DNA of 32,000 nucleotides from Horticoccus luteus (GTDB taxonomy: Bacteria; Verrucomicrobiota; Verrucomicrobiia; Opitutales; Opitutaceae). Shown here piece by piece: positions 8,624 through 17,060 of the stretch (within the stretch, counting starts at the first letter, position 1; every line of letters begins with the position of its first letter). The stretch spans positions 2,040,001 to 2,072,000 of the forward strand of contig NZ_CP080507.1 of NCBI RefSeq assembly GCF_019464535.1, read 5' to 3'. A program made the translations under genes and the position numbers. The notes under the pieces are model-generated. The model was not told the origin of the DNA and made no database searches. It was given only the letters and a program-made list of their open reading frames with translations.

Positions 8624-11221
8624 TTACGATCCCACCGCGCCCACACCTTCGAAGCGCATGACCGCCTCGTTCCGCGCCCGTGAAGCCGCGAGATCGACGG
8701 TAAACCGCGCCTCCCAATCGTTCGCCTCTTCAACGTCCACGAGCACCTGCGCCACGCGCCACTCCGCGCCCTCGGCCTCGTCCCAATGCGTATTCGCCGC
8801 GGCCCGCCCCGCCGGATCCAGCCGAAACCGCCCGCGCGCCTCGAAGTAAGGGGCCAACGCCTCCTCCACCCGCCGCGCCGCGCGTTTCAGTTCTACCTCC
8901 CGCTCCGCCTCTCCCATCCGCTCCCATCGTTCGCTCTCCCCGTCCGCCATCCTTCCGCTCGCCGCCTCCCAATCGCGCGCCGCCACGTCCTGCAAAAACC
9001 CGAGCACCGCCACGCGCACGAGCCGCCGAAATTCTTTCGCGTCCCGCGTCACATCGTAACTCGCCGGCCGCGCCGGTTTGTCCGCCGTCTCCGCCGCCAC
9101 AAACGCCGGATTCCGCAGGCGTTCCCACTCCTCCAGCAAACTGGAGTCCACGCCCCGGATCAGCTCGCGAAAATACTCCTCCATCTCGACCACCGCCTCC
9201 GTCTTCGCCGCCACCGGCACCGTTTGCGCGAGCACTTTCCACACCTGCGACAAATGCCGCAGCAACAGCCCCTCCATCCGCTCGAGGCCATACGCCCGCA
9301 CGTAATCCGCAAACGACATATATCGCTCAAACATTTCTCGCGCGATCGACTTCGGCCGGATGTTTTCCCCCTCCACCCACGGATGCGCCGCCGCAAACGC
9401 GTTGAACGTGTCGTAGATAAACTCCCGCCGCGGCTTCGGATACTCGACCTCCTCCAGCTTCTCCATCCGCTCCTCATACGGCACGCCCGCCGCCTTCAGC
9501 TCCTCGATTTTTTCGCCGCGCAACTTGTCCACCTGCCGCCGCAAAATCTGCTCCGGATCCTCCACGATCGATTCGCACAACGTCAGCACGTCGAACGCAT
9601 ACTCCGGCGACTCCCGCTCCAGCAGCGGCAGCGTGTCCAGCAGGTAAAGCGACAACGTCTGGTGCAGCGAAAAATCGTCCTGCAGTTCTACGTTCACGCG
9701 CACTTTCCTCACGTCCGCGCCCTCCGCCCCCGCGCGCACCTCGCGCGGAATCACCGCGACGATCTTCCGCTCCACAAGTCCGCGAAACAACTGCCACCCG
9801 CGCCGCCGCAACTGACCTTTCCGCGCCGCCGTTTCATGCGAATCCGCCACGAGCCGTTGCAACGCCCGGCATCCATCCGTCTCCCGGCTCAACATCAACA
9901 GCAGCATCCCGTGCGTGAGGTTGAACCGCGACGTGAGATTCTCCGCCGGCGCCGTGAGCAACCGCTCCAGGGTCCGCGCATCCCAGCCCACCGCGCCCTC
10001 CGGCGCACGCTGCTTCACGAGCTTTTTCATCTTCTTCGGATCGCCCGCCGCCTTCTCCTCCGCGCGCTTGTTCGCGATCACATGCTCCGGCGCCTGCACG
10101 ATCACGTAACCCTTGTCGTCAAATCCCCGCCGCCCCGCGCGCCCGGCGATCTGCCGAAAATCCCGCACGCTCAGCACCGCCGCCTTCTGCCCGTCGTATT
10201 TCCAGAGCTGCGTAAACACCACCGTGCGGATCGGCACATTGATGCCCACGCCCAGCGTGTCCGTCCCGCAGATCAGTTTTAACAACCCCTTTTGCGCGAG
10301 CGATTCCACCAGCACGCGATAACGCGGCAGCAACCCCGCATGGTGCACGCCTATCCCATGCCGCAGCCACCGCTTCACCTCCTTGCCGTAGGGACTATTG
10401 AACTTCACCCGCTCCAACTCCGACGCGAGCGCCGCCTTCTCCTCCCGCGTGCTCACCGCCAGGCTCATGAGATCCTGCGCCGCCTCGCTCGCCGCCCGCT
10501 GCGTGAAATACACGAGATAGATCGGTGCCCGGTTCGTCGCGAGGAGCTCCGCCACGCGCTCCGCGAGCGGCGTCTCCGAATACTCGAACTCGAGTGGCAC
10601 CGGCCGCCGGTCGCTCTTCACCGTCACCGTCGGTTGCCCTGTCACCCGCGTGAGTTCGCGCTCGAAAAAATCCGTCGTGCCCAGCGTGGCCGACATCAAC
10701 AAAAACTGCACGTGCGGCATGGTGAGCAGCGGCACTTGCCACGCGTAGCCGCGCTCCGCGTCCGCGTAGTAGTGAAACTCGTCCATGATCACGACCCGCA
10801 CATCGCTGCGGTCGCCGCGGTGGAGCGCGATATTGGCGAGGATTTCCGCCGTGCAGCAGAGCACCGGCGCCGTCGGATTCACGCTCGCGTCGCCCGTCAT
10901 CATGCCGACGTTCTCGGGTCCGAAGTCACGGCACAGCGCGAGAAATTTTTCGTTCACGAGCGCCTTGATGGGACACGTATAAACCGACCGCTCGCCCGCG
11001 CACAGCGCCTTGAAATGCAGCGCCGCCGCCACGAGCGATTTTCCAGACCCGGTGGGCGTGGCGAGAATGACATTATGCCCAGCGAACAACTCCAAAATCG
11101 CCTCCTCCTGCTCCGGATAAAGCTCGAGCCCCTTCGCCGCCGCATAGCCTAGAAACCGATCCATCACCGCATCCGGCGAACCTTTGACCGGCGCAAGCAG
11201 TGGAGCAGAAACTGAAGACAT
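8624..11221 (-). CDS. Ski2-like DEAD/DEAH-box helicase with a long C-terminal helical region resembling DUF3516
   Basis: 865 aa. Motif [10 protein letters not shown], motif II MDEFHYY, motif [14 protein letters not shown]. The C-terminal ~400 aa ([41 protein letters not shown] ... [24 protein letters not shown]) resembles the DUF3516 helicase family from memory. An alternative start at M20 (MDRFLGY) cannot be excluded. Confidence 0.88.
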   Translation of the reverse strand: MSSVSAPLLAPVKGSPDAVMDRFLGYAAAKGLELYPEQEEAILELFAGHNVILATPTGSGKSLVAAALHFKALCAGERSVYTCPIKALVNEKFLALCRDFGPENVGMMTGDASVNPTAPVLCCTAEILANIALHRGDRSDVRVVIMDEFHYYADAERGYAWQVPLLTMPHVQFLLMSATLGTTDFFERELTRVTGQPTVTVKSDRRPVPLEFEYSETPLAERVAELLATNRAPIYLVYFTQRAASEAAQDLMSLAVSTREEKAALASELERVKFNSPYGKEVKRWLRHGIGVHHAGLLPRYRVLVESLAQKGLLKLICGTDTLGVGINVPIRTVVFTQLWKYDGQKAAVLSVRDFRQIAGRAGRRGFDDKGYVIVQAPEHVIANKRAEEKAAGDPKKMKKLVKQRAPEGAVGWDARTLERLLTAPAENLTSRFNLTHGMLLLMLSRETDGCRALQRLVADSHETAARKGQLRRRGWQLFRGLVERKIVAVIPREVRAGAEGADVRKVRVNVELQDDFSLHQTLSLYLLDTLPLLERESPEYAFDVLTLCESIVEDPEQILRRQVDKLRGEKIEELKAAGVPYEERMEKLEEVEYPKPRREFIYDTFNAFAAAHPWVEGENIRPKSIAREMFERYMSFADYVRAYGLERMEGLLLRHLSQVWKVLAQTVPVAAKTEAVVEMEEYFRELIRGVDSSLLEEWERLRNPAFVAAETADKPARPASYDVTRDAKEFRRLVRVAVLGFLQDVAARDWEAASGRMADGESERWERMGEAEREVELKRAARRVEEALAPYFEARGRFRLDPAGRAAANTHWDEAEGAEWRVAQVLVDVEEANDWEARFTVDLAASRARNEAVMRFEGVGAVGS

Positions 11222-11456
11222 CCTCCCAAGAGAAACGCACCCTCGCCTCCCCGCGAGGCAAAGTTACATGCCTGCAGTGACACACGCATTCCTGCCTGTG
11301 ATTGCTTTTCCCCCACCCCCCACAGTCAAGAATGTCTGCGCCAACACCCGCCACGCCCGGCGCGCCACTCCGCCCTTGCCCCGCTATGGCGCTGCTTCCA
11401 GAAATGCTATCGCCTGCCTCGCGCGTCCCGCTTCTTCATCCAGCTAAATCCCGCCC

Positions 11457-11879
11457 ATGTCGTCTGAGATAACGTATCGACAAGAGTCCGAACCTCAGCC
11501 GCACATCATCCGCGAACAGAGCATCGAGGACGCCTTCATCGCCAAGCTGCGCGACCTCAAATACACCGATCGCCCCGACATCCGCGACCGCGCCTCCCTC
11601 GAGACAAATTTCCGCCAGAAGTTCGAGGCCCTCAATCGCGTCAAACTCACCGACGCCGAGTTTGCCCGCCTGCTCGACGATCTCGTCTCCCCCGACGTCT
11701 TCAAAAACTCCGTCCGCCTCCGCGAGAAAAACGACTTCACCCGCGACGACGGCACGCCCCTTTCCTACACCCTCGTCAAAATCCGCGACTGGTGCAAAAA
11801 CGACTTCGAGATCGTCCACCAGCTCCGTATGAACAAGTTTCACCTGGACTATCTCCGGCCCGGAGTCGCTGCCGCCTAG
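11457..11879 (+). pseudogene. hsdR: N-terminal remnant of a classical type I restriction enzyme R subunit (HsdR)
   Basis: 140-aa ORF. Its first ~125 aa match the HsdR N-terminal pattern (IEDAFIAKLRDLKY, NFRQKFEALNRVKLTDAEFARLL, RDDGTPLSYTLVKIRDWCKNDFEIVHQ). It stops before the PD-(D/E)XK core, and the helicase motor domains that should follow are absent. The last ~15 aa are unrelated. Confidence 0.7.
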
Positions 11880-11918
11880 TTACCGCGACGACCTATATCT
11901 TTTCAATCACACCAGCGC

Positions 11919-13970
11919 ATGCCCGTTTCTTCCACTCCCACTCTTCAAGACCTGATGCCCGTCGTCGAAGCCGCCGCCACCCTCGGCCTCTTCGGCACGT
12001 TCGAGCGCAAAGCGGTCGAAAAGCTCCTGTCCTACAACAAAAGCAACCGCCCTGTCATCCGCTGCCAAGTCCGCCAGAAGGATGTCCCCGCCAAGCCTGA
12101 GGAGATCGTCCGCCAACTTTGGATCTATCGCCTCCTCACTCACCACAAATACCCGCTCTCTCGGATCACGGTCGAATATCCGATTACCTTCGGCCGCGAC
12201 ACCTCTAAGCGCGCCGACGTCGTGGTCATGGACGCCGACCGCGTCACGATTCCCTATCTCATTATCGAGGTTAAGGCTGACAAGCTGAAGGACGGTAAAG
12301 ATCAGCTGAAGTCCTACTGCCACGCCACTGGCGCCCCGCTCGCCCTTTGGAGTAACGGCCGCGATCACACGTTCTGGCATCGAAAAAATCCTAACTACTT
12401 TGTCGAAATTCCGTCTCTACCGACGGCCTCGCAAACCATCGCAGACGTCGCCGAGCAGCCTTGGACCATCGAGACCCTGATCGAGAAGGAGCAGGCCCGC
12501 GAAAAATCCGGCGAGGCCCGCTCCCTCAAGGACCGCATCCTCGAAATGGAGGACGAGGTGCTCGCCAACGCCGGCGTCGATGTCTTCGAGGAAGTCTTCA
12601 AACTCATTTTCACCAAACTCTACGACGAGCTCTCCTGCTACCGCGGCAAACACACCCACATTCGCTTCCGCAACACCAACACCGCCGCCCAGCTCAAGGC
12701 CCGCATCGCCGAGCTCTTCGACGAGGCCCGTGCCGAGTGGGACGGCGTCTTTCCGCCTGACGACAAGATCAAGCTCACCGCCGACCACCTCGCCGTCTGC
12801 GTCGGCTCCCTCGAGGAATACAAGCTCTTCAACAGCAACCTCGATGTCGTAGACGAGGCCTTCGAATACCTCGTCAACAAATCCTCCAAGGGCGAGAAGG
12901 GCCAATACTTCACGCCGCGTCACGTCATCGACCTCTGCGTGCGCATGCTCAACCCTCGCGAGCACGAGTCCCTCATCGACACCGCCTGCGGTTCCGCCGG
13001 CTTCACCATGCATGCCATCTTCCACGTGTGGGACGCCATCCGCCGCGACGAAGGCCGCGCCGAGGGCCACCTCTTCAGCATGGAGAAAAAGAGCCCGCGC
13101 CAGCAGGCCTACGTGAACGACAAGGTCTTCGCCATCGACTTCGACGAACGCTCCGTGCGCGTCGCCCGCTGCCTCAACCTCATCGCCGGCGACGGCCAGA
13201 CCAACGTCCTTCACCTCAACACCCTCGACTACACCCGCTGGTCCGAGACCGTGAAGGAGGAATCCTGGACCGACACCTACCACACCGGCTGGAAAAAGAT
13301 CCGCAAGCTCCTTGCCGACCCCAAGGGCAAGGACTACCGCACCTTCGGCTTCGACGTCCTCCTCGCCAACCCGCCCTTCGCCGGCGACATCAAGCAGACC
13401 GACATGCTCTCGCCCTACGACCTCGCCCACAAGGTCGCAAAGGACGGCGGCCAGGGAAAACTCGAGAGCGCCGTCGGCCGCGACCTCCTCTTCATCGAGC
13501 GCAACCTCGACTTTCTCCGCCCCGGCGGCCGCATGGCCGTCGTCCTCCCCCAGGGCCGCTTCAACAACGCCTCCGACGAACGCGTGCGCCGCTACATCGC
13601 CGAGAAATGCCGCATCCTCGCCGTCGTCGGCCTTCACGGGAACACGTTTAAGCCCCACACCGGCACCAAGACCTCCGTCCTCTTCGTGCAAAAGTGGAAC
13701 GACGATCCCGCCGCCGGCCCGCTCTGCCCGCGCACGGACGACTACCCCATCTTCTTCGCCACCCAACGCCTGCCCTCCAAAGACAACCGCGGCGACAAGA
13801 TCCTAGTCACCGACGCCTGCGGCCTGCCCGTGCGCGACATCCACGGCCACACCCTCGTGCAGCACGATTTTTTCAGCGTCGAGCTGAAGGACGGCACGCG
13901 CACGCCCGAAGGCATCGCCGAGGCTTTTGAAGAGTTCGCCAAGAAGGAGAAGCTGCCTTTTTTTCCCTAG
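11919..13970 (+). CDS. Fusion of an N-terminal PD-(D/E)XK-like (HsdR_N-type) domain with a gamma-class N6-adenine DNA methyltransferase (BcgI-A-like / type IIB-IIG-like RM subunit)
   Basis: 683 aa. N-terminal E86...D100(VVVMD)...E117-V-K119 (YLIIEVKAD) nuclease-like core. Methyltransferase motif I LIDTACGSAGF and motif IV LLANPPFAG, plus FTPRHV and GRMAVVLPQG segments typical of the N6_Mtase family. Confidence 0.9.
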   Translation: MPVSSTPTLQDLMPVVEAAATLGLFGTFERKAVEKLLSYNKSNRPVIRCQVRQKDVPAKPEEIVRQLWIYRLLTHHKYPLSRITVEYPITFGRDTSKRADVVVMDADRVTIPYLIIEVKADKLKDGKDQLKSYCHATGAPLALWSNGRDHTFWHRKNPNYFVEIPSLPTASQTIADVAEQPWTIETLIEKEQAREKSGEARSLKDRILEMEDEVLANAGVDVFEEVFKLIFTKLYDELSCYRGKHTHIRFRNTNTAAQLKARIAELFDEARAEWDGVFPPDDKIKLTADHLAVCVGSLEEYKLFNSNLDVVDEAFEYLVNKSSKGEKGQYFTPRHVIDLCVRMLNPREHESLIDTACGSAGFTMHAIFHVWDAIRRDEGRAEGHLFSMEKKSPRQQAYVNDKVFAIDFDERSVRVARCLNLIAGDGQTNVLHLNTLDYTRWSETVKEESWTDTYHTGWKKIRKLLADPKGKDYRTFGFDVLLANPPFAGDIKQTDMLSPYDLAHKVAKDGGQGKLESAVGRDLLFIERNLDFLRPGGRMAVVLPQGRFNNASDERVRRYIAEKCRILAVVGLHGNTFKPHTGTKTSVLFVQKWNDDPAAGPLCPRTDDYPIFFATQRLPSKDNRGDKILVTDACGLPVRDIHGHTLVQHDFFSVELKDGTRTPEGIAEAFEEFAKKEKLPFFP

Positions 13971-14002
13971 GCCCCTTCAACGAGGCCCGCTACCGGGCGC
14001 TG

Positions 14003-15385
14003 TTGGAGGGGCTGGAGGTTCGAGAGGCTAGGTTTTCGGAGCAACGGACCATCCGCATTGATGCGGAGTTCGCGGCTCATTCCGCCATCAGCATGCTGGA
14101 GCGCGTGCTAACCTCTACGAAGTGGAAGCCGCTCGGTGCTCTTTCGCATCAACTCACGTCAGGGCACACGCCTTACAAACACGATGTTTCAGAAGGTGAC
14201 GTTGGATTCATCACCATCGAAAGCGTAACGGCGCTCAGCTTCGACGTGGGTAAAGTGCGATGGATCACGAAGGAACAATACGCGGAGGAATTCAGCGAAA
14301 AGCGGATCCGCAAGGGCACGGTCATTTGCACGATCAAGCGACGCATCTGCCAAGCATACCCTTTCGTCGATGATCCCATACAGCCGCTCACCATCAATCA
14401 GGACGTCGCGCTGATCCAGCCAACAGGTGAAATTCAGCCTGCGTATTTGGCCGCCTACCTTGCATCGAAAGTCGGCCAAGCTTTCGCGGACAGGCAAAAG
14501 ACGGAGCAGATGAATCCTTACATCAGCGTGGAGAGCCTCTCTAAGCTGCCTATCGTTCTGGTGTCCGACACCCTGCAAACGGCGGTCACACGGACGTTCC
14601 GATCGGGACAAACAAAAGTCGACCAAGCCGCCGCCCACCTCGCCGCCGCCGAGCAAACCCTGCTGCGCGCCCTCGGTCTCGAAAACTGGCGTCCGCCGGA
14701 GCCGCTCACCTACGTCCGCCGCGCGTCCGAGGTGGCGACGGCGGCGCGTTTCGACGCGGAGTTCTTCACCCCGCGCACGACCCAGCTTCTTGCCAAGCTC
14801 GGCACGGGCGGTCCCTCTATCCGCGCCGCAGCCCCGCCGCGTCACGAGGACTTCACCGGCGCTGGCGGCCCCGGCGATTTTGACTATATCGAGATCGGCG
14901 CCCTGCGCGGCGACGGCACGGCCGGCGCGGAACGCCTGTCCTGCGCCGAGGCCCCGAGCCGCGCCACTTGGCTTGTCCGCCCCGGCGACGTCATCACCTC
15001 CACGGTGCGTCCTAACCGCCGCTTGAGCGCGCTCATCACCCCCGAGCAAAACGGCTTCGTTGCCTCCTCCGGCTTTGTCGTGCTTCAGCCCAAGACCGTT
15101 TCGCCGGAGGTGCTTTTGACCTACCTGCGCCTGCCGCCGGTCTGCGAAGTCATGGACCTGCACACCAGTGCGAGCCTTTACCCGGCGATCTCCGAAACGG
15201 ACCTGCTCAAACTTCCCTTCCCGAAACTCGACGCCAAGACCTGCGACGCCGTCACCGCCGCCGTGCGAGCCGCCCACGCCGCGCGCCGCAAGGCCCAGAC
15301 CCTGCTCGCCCGTGCCCAACGCGCCGTCGAGGTCGCCATCGAGCAAGGCGAACCCGCCGCGCTCGCCCTGTTGTCGTCCGCCTGA
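14003..15385 (+). CDS. hsdS: Restriction-modification specificity (S) subunit with two target-recognition domains
   Basis: Two internally parallel halves (RIDAEF.../ARFDAEFF...; IRKGTVICT...ISVESLSKLPIVL / VRPGDVITS...ISETDLLKLPFPKL). They are separated by a conserved helix (AAAHLAAAEQTLLRALGLENW) and followed by a related C-terminal helix (RRKAQTLLARAQRAVEVAIEQGE). The start is uncertain: the frame is open from 13931 with only CTG 14000 / TTG 14003 as candidates and no ATG/GTG before codon 31. Confidence 0.85.
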   Translation: MEGLEVREARFSEQRTIRIDAEFAAHSAISMLERVLTSTKWKPLGALSHQLTSGHTPYKHDVSEGDVGFITIESVTALSFDVGKVRWITKEQYAEEFSEKRIRKGTVICTIKRRICQAYPFVDDPIQPLTINQDVALIQPTGEIQPAYLAAYLASKVGQAFADRQKTEQMNPYISVESLSKLPIVLVSDTLQTAVTRTFRSGQTKVDQAAAHLAAAEQTLLRALGLENWRPPEPLTYVRRASEVATAARFDAEFFTPRTTQLLAKLGTGGPSIRAAAPPRHEDFTGAGGPGDFDYIEIGALRGDGTAGAERLSCAEAPSRATWLVRPGDVITSTVRPNRRLSALITPEQNGFVASSGFVVLQPKTVSPEVLLTYLRLPPVCEVMDLHTSASLYPAISETDLLKLPFPKLDAKTCDAVTAAVRAAHAARRKAQTLLARAQRAVEVAIEQGEPAALALLSSA

Positions 15386-15416
15386 GCTTTTCCCGCGTCC
15401 CATTTCCCTTCCTCCG

Positions 15417-15806
15417 ATGCTCATCCTCTACACCACCGAAGACGGCAAGAGTCGCATCCAGCTCCGGGCCAAGGATCACACCGTCTGGCTCAGCCAGCGC
15501 GAGATGGCCCAGCTTTTTGACGTCAGCACCGACAACATCGGTCTGCACCTTAAGAACATCTACGAGGACGGCGAACTCGTTCGCGAGGCAACTACCGAGG
15601 AATCCTCGGTAGTTCAAATCGAGGGCGGCCGTGAAGTGCAGCGCCCGGTCACCCTCTACAATCTCGATGCCATCCTCGCCGTCGGCTACCGCGTCCGCTC
15701 GCCGCGCGGCGTCCAGTTCCGCCGCTGGGCCTCCACCGTCCTCAAGGAATACCTCCTCAAGGGCTTCGCGATGGACGACGAGCGGCTCAAAAACCCCGAC
15801 GGCCGA
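15417..15806 (+). pseudogene. rhuM: Truncated rhuM-family gene (N-terminal ~130 aa only)
   Basis: MLILYTTEDGKSRIQLRAKDHTVWLSQREMAQLFDVSTDNIGLHLKNIYEDGEL...AVGYRVRSPRGVQFRRWASTVLKEYLLKGFAMDDERLKNP matches the RhuM N-terminal region. After ~aa 130 the same frame runs on to 16472 as Pro/Arg/Ser-rich sequence with no RhuM-like continuation in any frame. Confidence 0.75.
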
Positions 15807-15811
15807 CCGGA

Positions 15812-15931
15812 GCCGACCTCTACACCTACCGCACGTCCGCCGTGCGCGTCGTCGACGGAGACGCCCTCGCCGTCACGATCGACATCCGGCCCTCGAACCG
15901 CCTCGACAAGAAACTCCGCCTGCGCGGCTGA
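15812..15931 (+). pseudogene. Possible fragment of a staphylococcal-nuclease-like (thermonuclease family) gene
   Basis: Frame 2 reads ADLYTYRTSAVRVVDGDALAVTIDIRPSNRLDKKLRLRG then TGA. The VVDGD(T/A)...(K/R)LRL.G pattern is SNase-like. Frame 1 immediately continues LNCPEPGS, so a 1-nt deletion would restore RLRG-LNCPE (compare RL.GIDAPE). There is no start codon, and the call rests on recall of the motif only. Confidence 0.3.
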
Positions 15932-16122
15932 ATTGTCCGGAGCCGGGAAGCGCCCGCGTCTCGCCCGTCGCTCTCGGCGTTTCACCGAGAGTGTTTCGAA
16001 TGGCACGGGCGGACATCCAACCCGACACGCGAAACGCCGGTGCTCCCCGAACCACTGGCTTCGATTTCCGCAGGCCGCGAGGCTGGCTCCGGAGATGCCC
16101 ATTTTTCATCCTACCTTCTCCC

Positions 16123-16479
16123 ATGAACCGCACTACCCCCGCTGTCATTTGGTGGACTCTCTGGTCCGGTATTCTCCTCGGTCTTGTCGCAATCTATACC
16201 GGCCTGCGCCCGACCATCCCGGCTTCCGCTGCCGCGGGGATTCGCTACCTGCCCCTGGCGCCCCTCCTGGTCGCTGTGCTGATTCGCTGGGTCGCTCTGC
16301 CGCGCGTAACGCAAATCCGCGCAGCTTTTCCGCTGTTCATCGTCGGCCTCGCCTTCGCGGAAGCCTGCGGGCTGATGGGCCTCTTCCTTGTCCCCGATTT
16401 GGCGGCGGCGTATTTCATCCTCGCCCTACTCGGTCTCGCCCAACTCGCTCCCGTCTTCGCCGGCCGGTTTGAGGCGTGA
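16123..16479 (+). CDS. Small hypothetical integral membrane protein (about 4 hydrophobic segments)
   Basis: ATG 16123; 118 aa, MNRTTPAVIWWTLWSGILLGLVAIY...LFIVGLAFAEACGLMGLFLV...YFILALLGLAQLAPVF. GC3-rich codon usage like its neighbours. No family recognised. Confidence 0.6.
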   Translation: MNRTTPAVIWWTLWSGILLGLVAIYTGLRPTIPASAAAGIRYLPLAPLLVAVLIRWVALPRVTQIRAAFPLFIVGLAFAEACGLMGLFLVPDLAAAYFILALLGLAQLAPVFAGRFEA

Positions 16480-16588
16480 TTGGTTCGCTCCAATCTGCAA
16501 AGCGAAACGCTGTCGGTGCTCCCGACGATACGTCCTCCGCACTTCCTCTCGAGGAGAGGTTGGCCTTGGAGTGACTGAACTCCAGCAC

Positions 16589-16613
16589 CTTGGCGGTGCC
16601 TCCGGCCAAGTTT
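16589..16613 (+). terminator. Candidate hairpin followed by TTT, downstream of the membrane-protein gene
   Basis: CTTGGCGG / CCGGCCAAG stem (8 bp with one bulge) and TGCCT loop, followed by TTTG. The T-tract is weak and the hairpin lies 110 nt after the stop codon. Confidence 0.3.
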
Positions 16614-16669
16614 GCGAACCGATAAATCCCACACTCACACTCACGCTCTTAAAATCAGCAGCTGGGATA

Positions 16670-17002
16670 ATGTCTAAACCCAAACTCCTCTTCCTCTGCT
16701 CGCGCAACCAGTGGCGCAGTCCGACGGCCGAGGCGTTGTTTCAAAATCATCCGCGCTACGAGGCGCGTTCGGCTGGCACCGAGAACGGGGCGCGCGTCAA
16801 ACTCACCGCTGGTCTCATCGGCTGGGCTGATCTCATCTTTTGCATGGAGAAAAAGCACGCCGCCCGCGTGCAGGAACGCTTCGGTGACTTCCTTGGCGAC
16901 AAACCGCTGATCGTGCTGCGCATCCCCGACGACTACCGCTTCATGGATGCCGAACTGATCGATCTCCTGAGGACGGAACTCTCCGCCCATCTGGCGCTTT
17001 GA
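16670..17002 (+). CDS. Low-molecular-weight phosphotyrosine phosphatase-like protein (short form)
   Basis: ATG 16670; 110 aa. P-loop C-x5-R-S (LFLCSRNQWRSPTAEAL) near the N-terminus and an IPDDYRF segment at the position of the DPYY acid loop. The track ORF from 16388 is an upstream extension. Confidence 0.8.
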   Translation: MSKPKLLFLCSRNQWRSPTAEALFQNHPRYEARSAGTENGARVKLTAGLIGWADLIFCMEKKHAARVQERFGDFLGDKPLIVLRIPDDYRFMDAELIDLLRTELSAHLAL

Positions 17003-17060
17003 TTTTCCCGGCTTGCGCAGCGTTGATCAGCGTCCGACAGCGCTTGAAGACGACCAGTCT

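Noticed and set aside
8786-10282. 498-aa + strand ORF inside the helicase region
   Set aside because: Antisense to the helicase. The product is His/Arg/Pro/Leu-rich with no domain signature.
13986-13999. GCCCG-CTAC-CGGGC hairpin as a frameshift stimulator for the T7 site
   Set aside because: The stem is only 5 bp and starts ~22 nt after the slippery heptamer, outside the usual 5-9 nt spacer. It does not support programmed frameshifting by itself.
12417-15424. 449-aa (12417-13766) and 411-aa (14189-15424) - strand ORFs
   Set aside because: Antisense to the methyltransferase and S genes, which carry unambiguous family motifs. The products are Gly/Val/Glu/Ala-rich and featureless.
15168-16472. 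434-aa + strand ORF as a single gene
   Set aside because: Only codons from ATG 15417 to about 15806 resemble a known protein (RhuM N-terminus). The first part overlaps the end of the S gene in another frame, and the remainder is Pro/Arg/Ser-rich. It is treated as a truncated pseudogene plus non-coding DNA.
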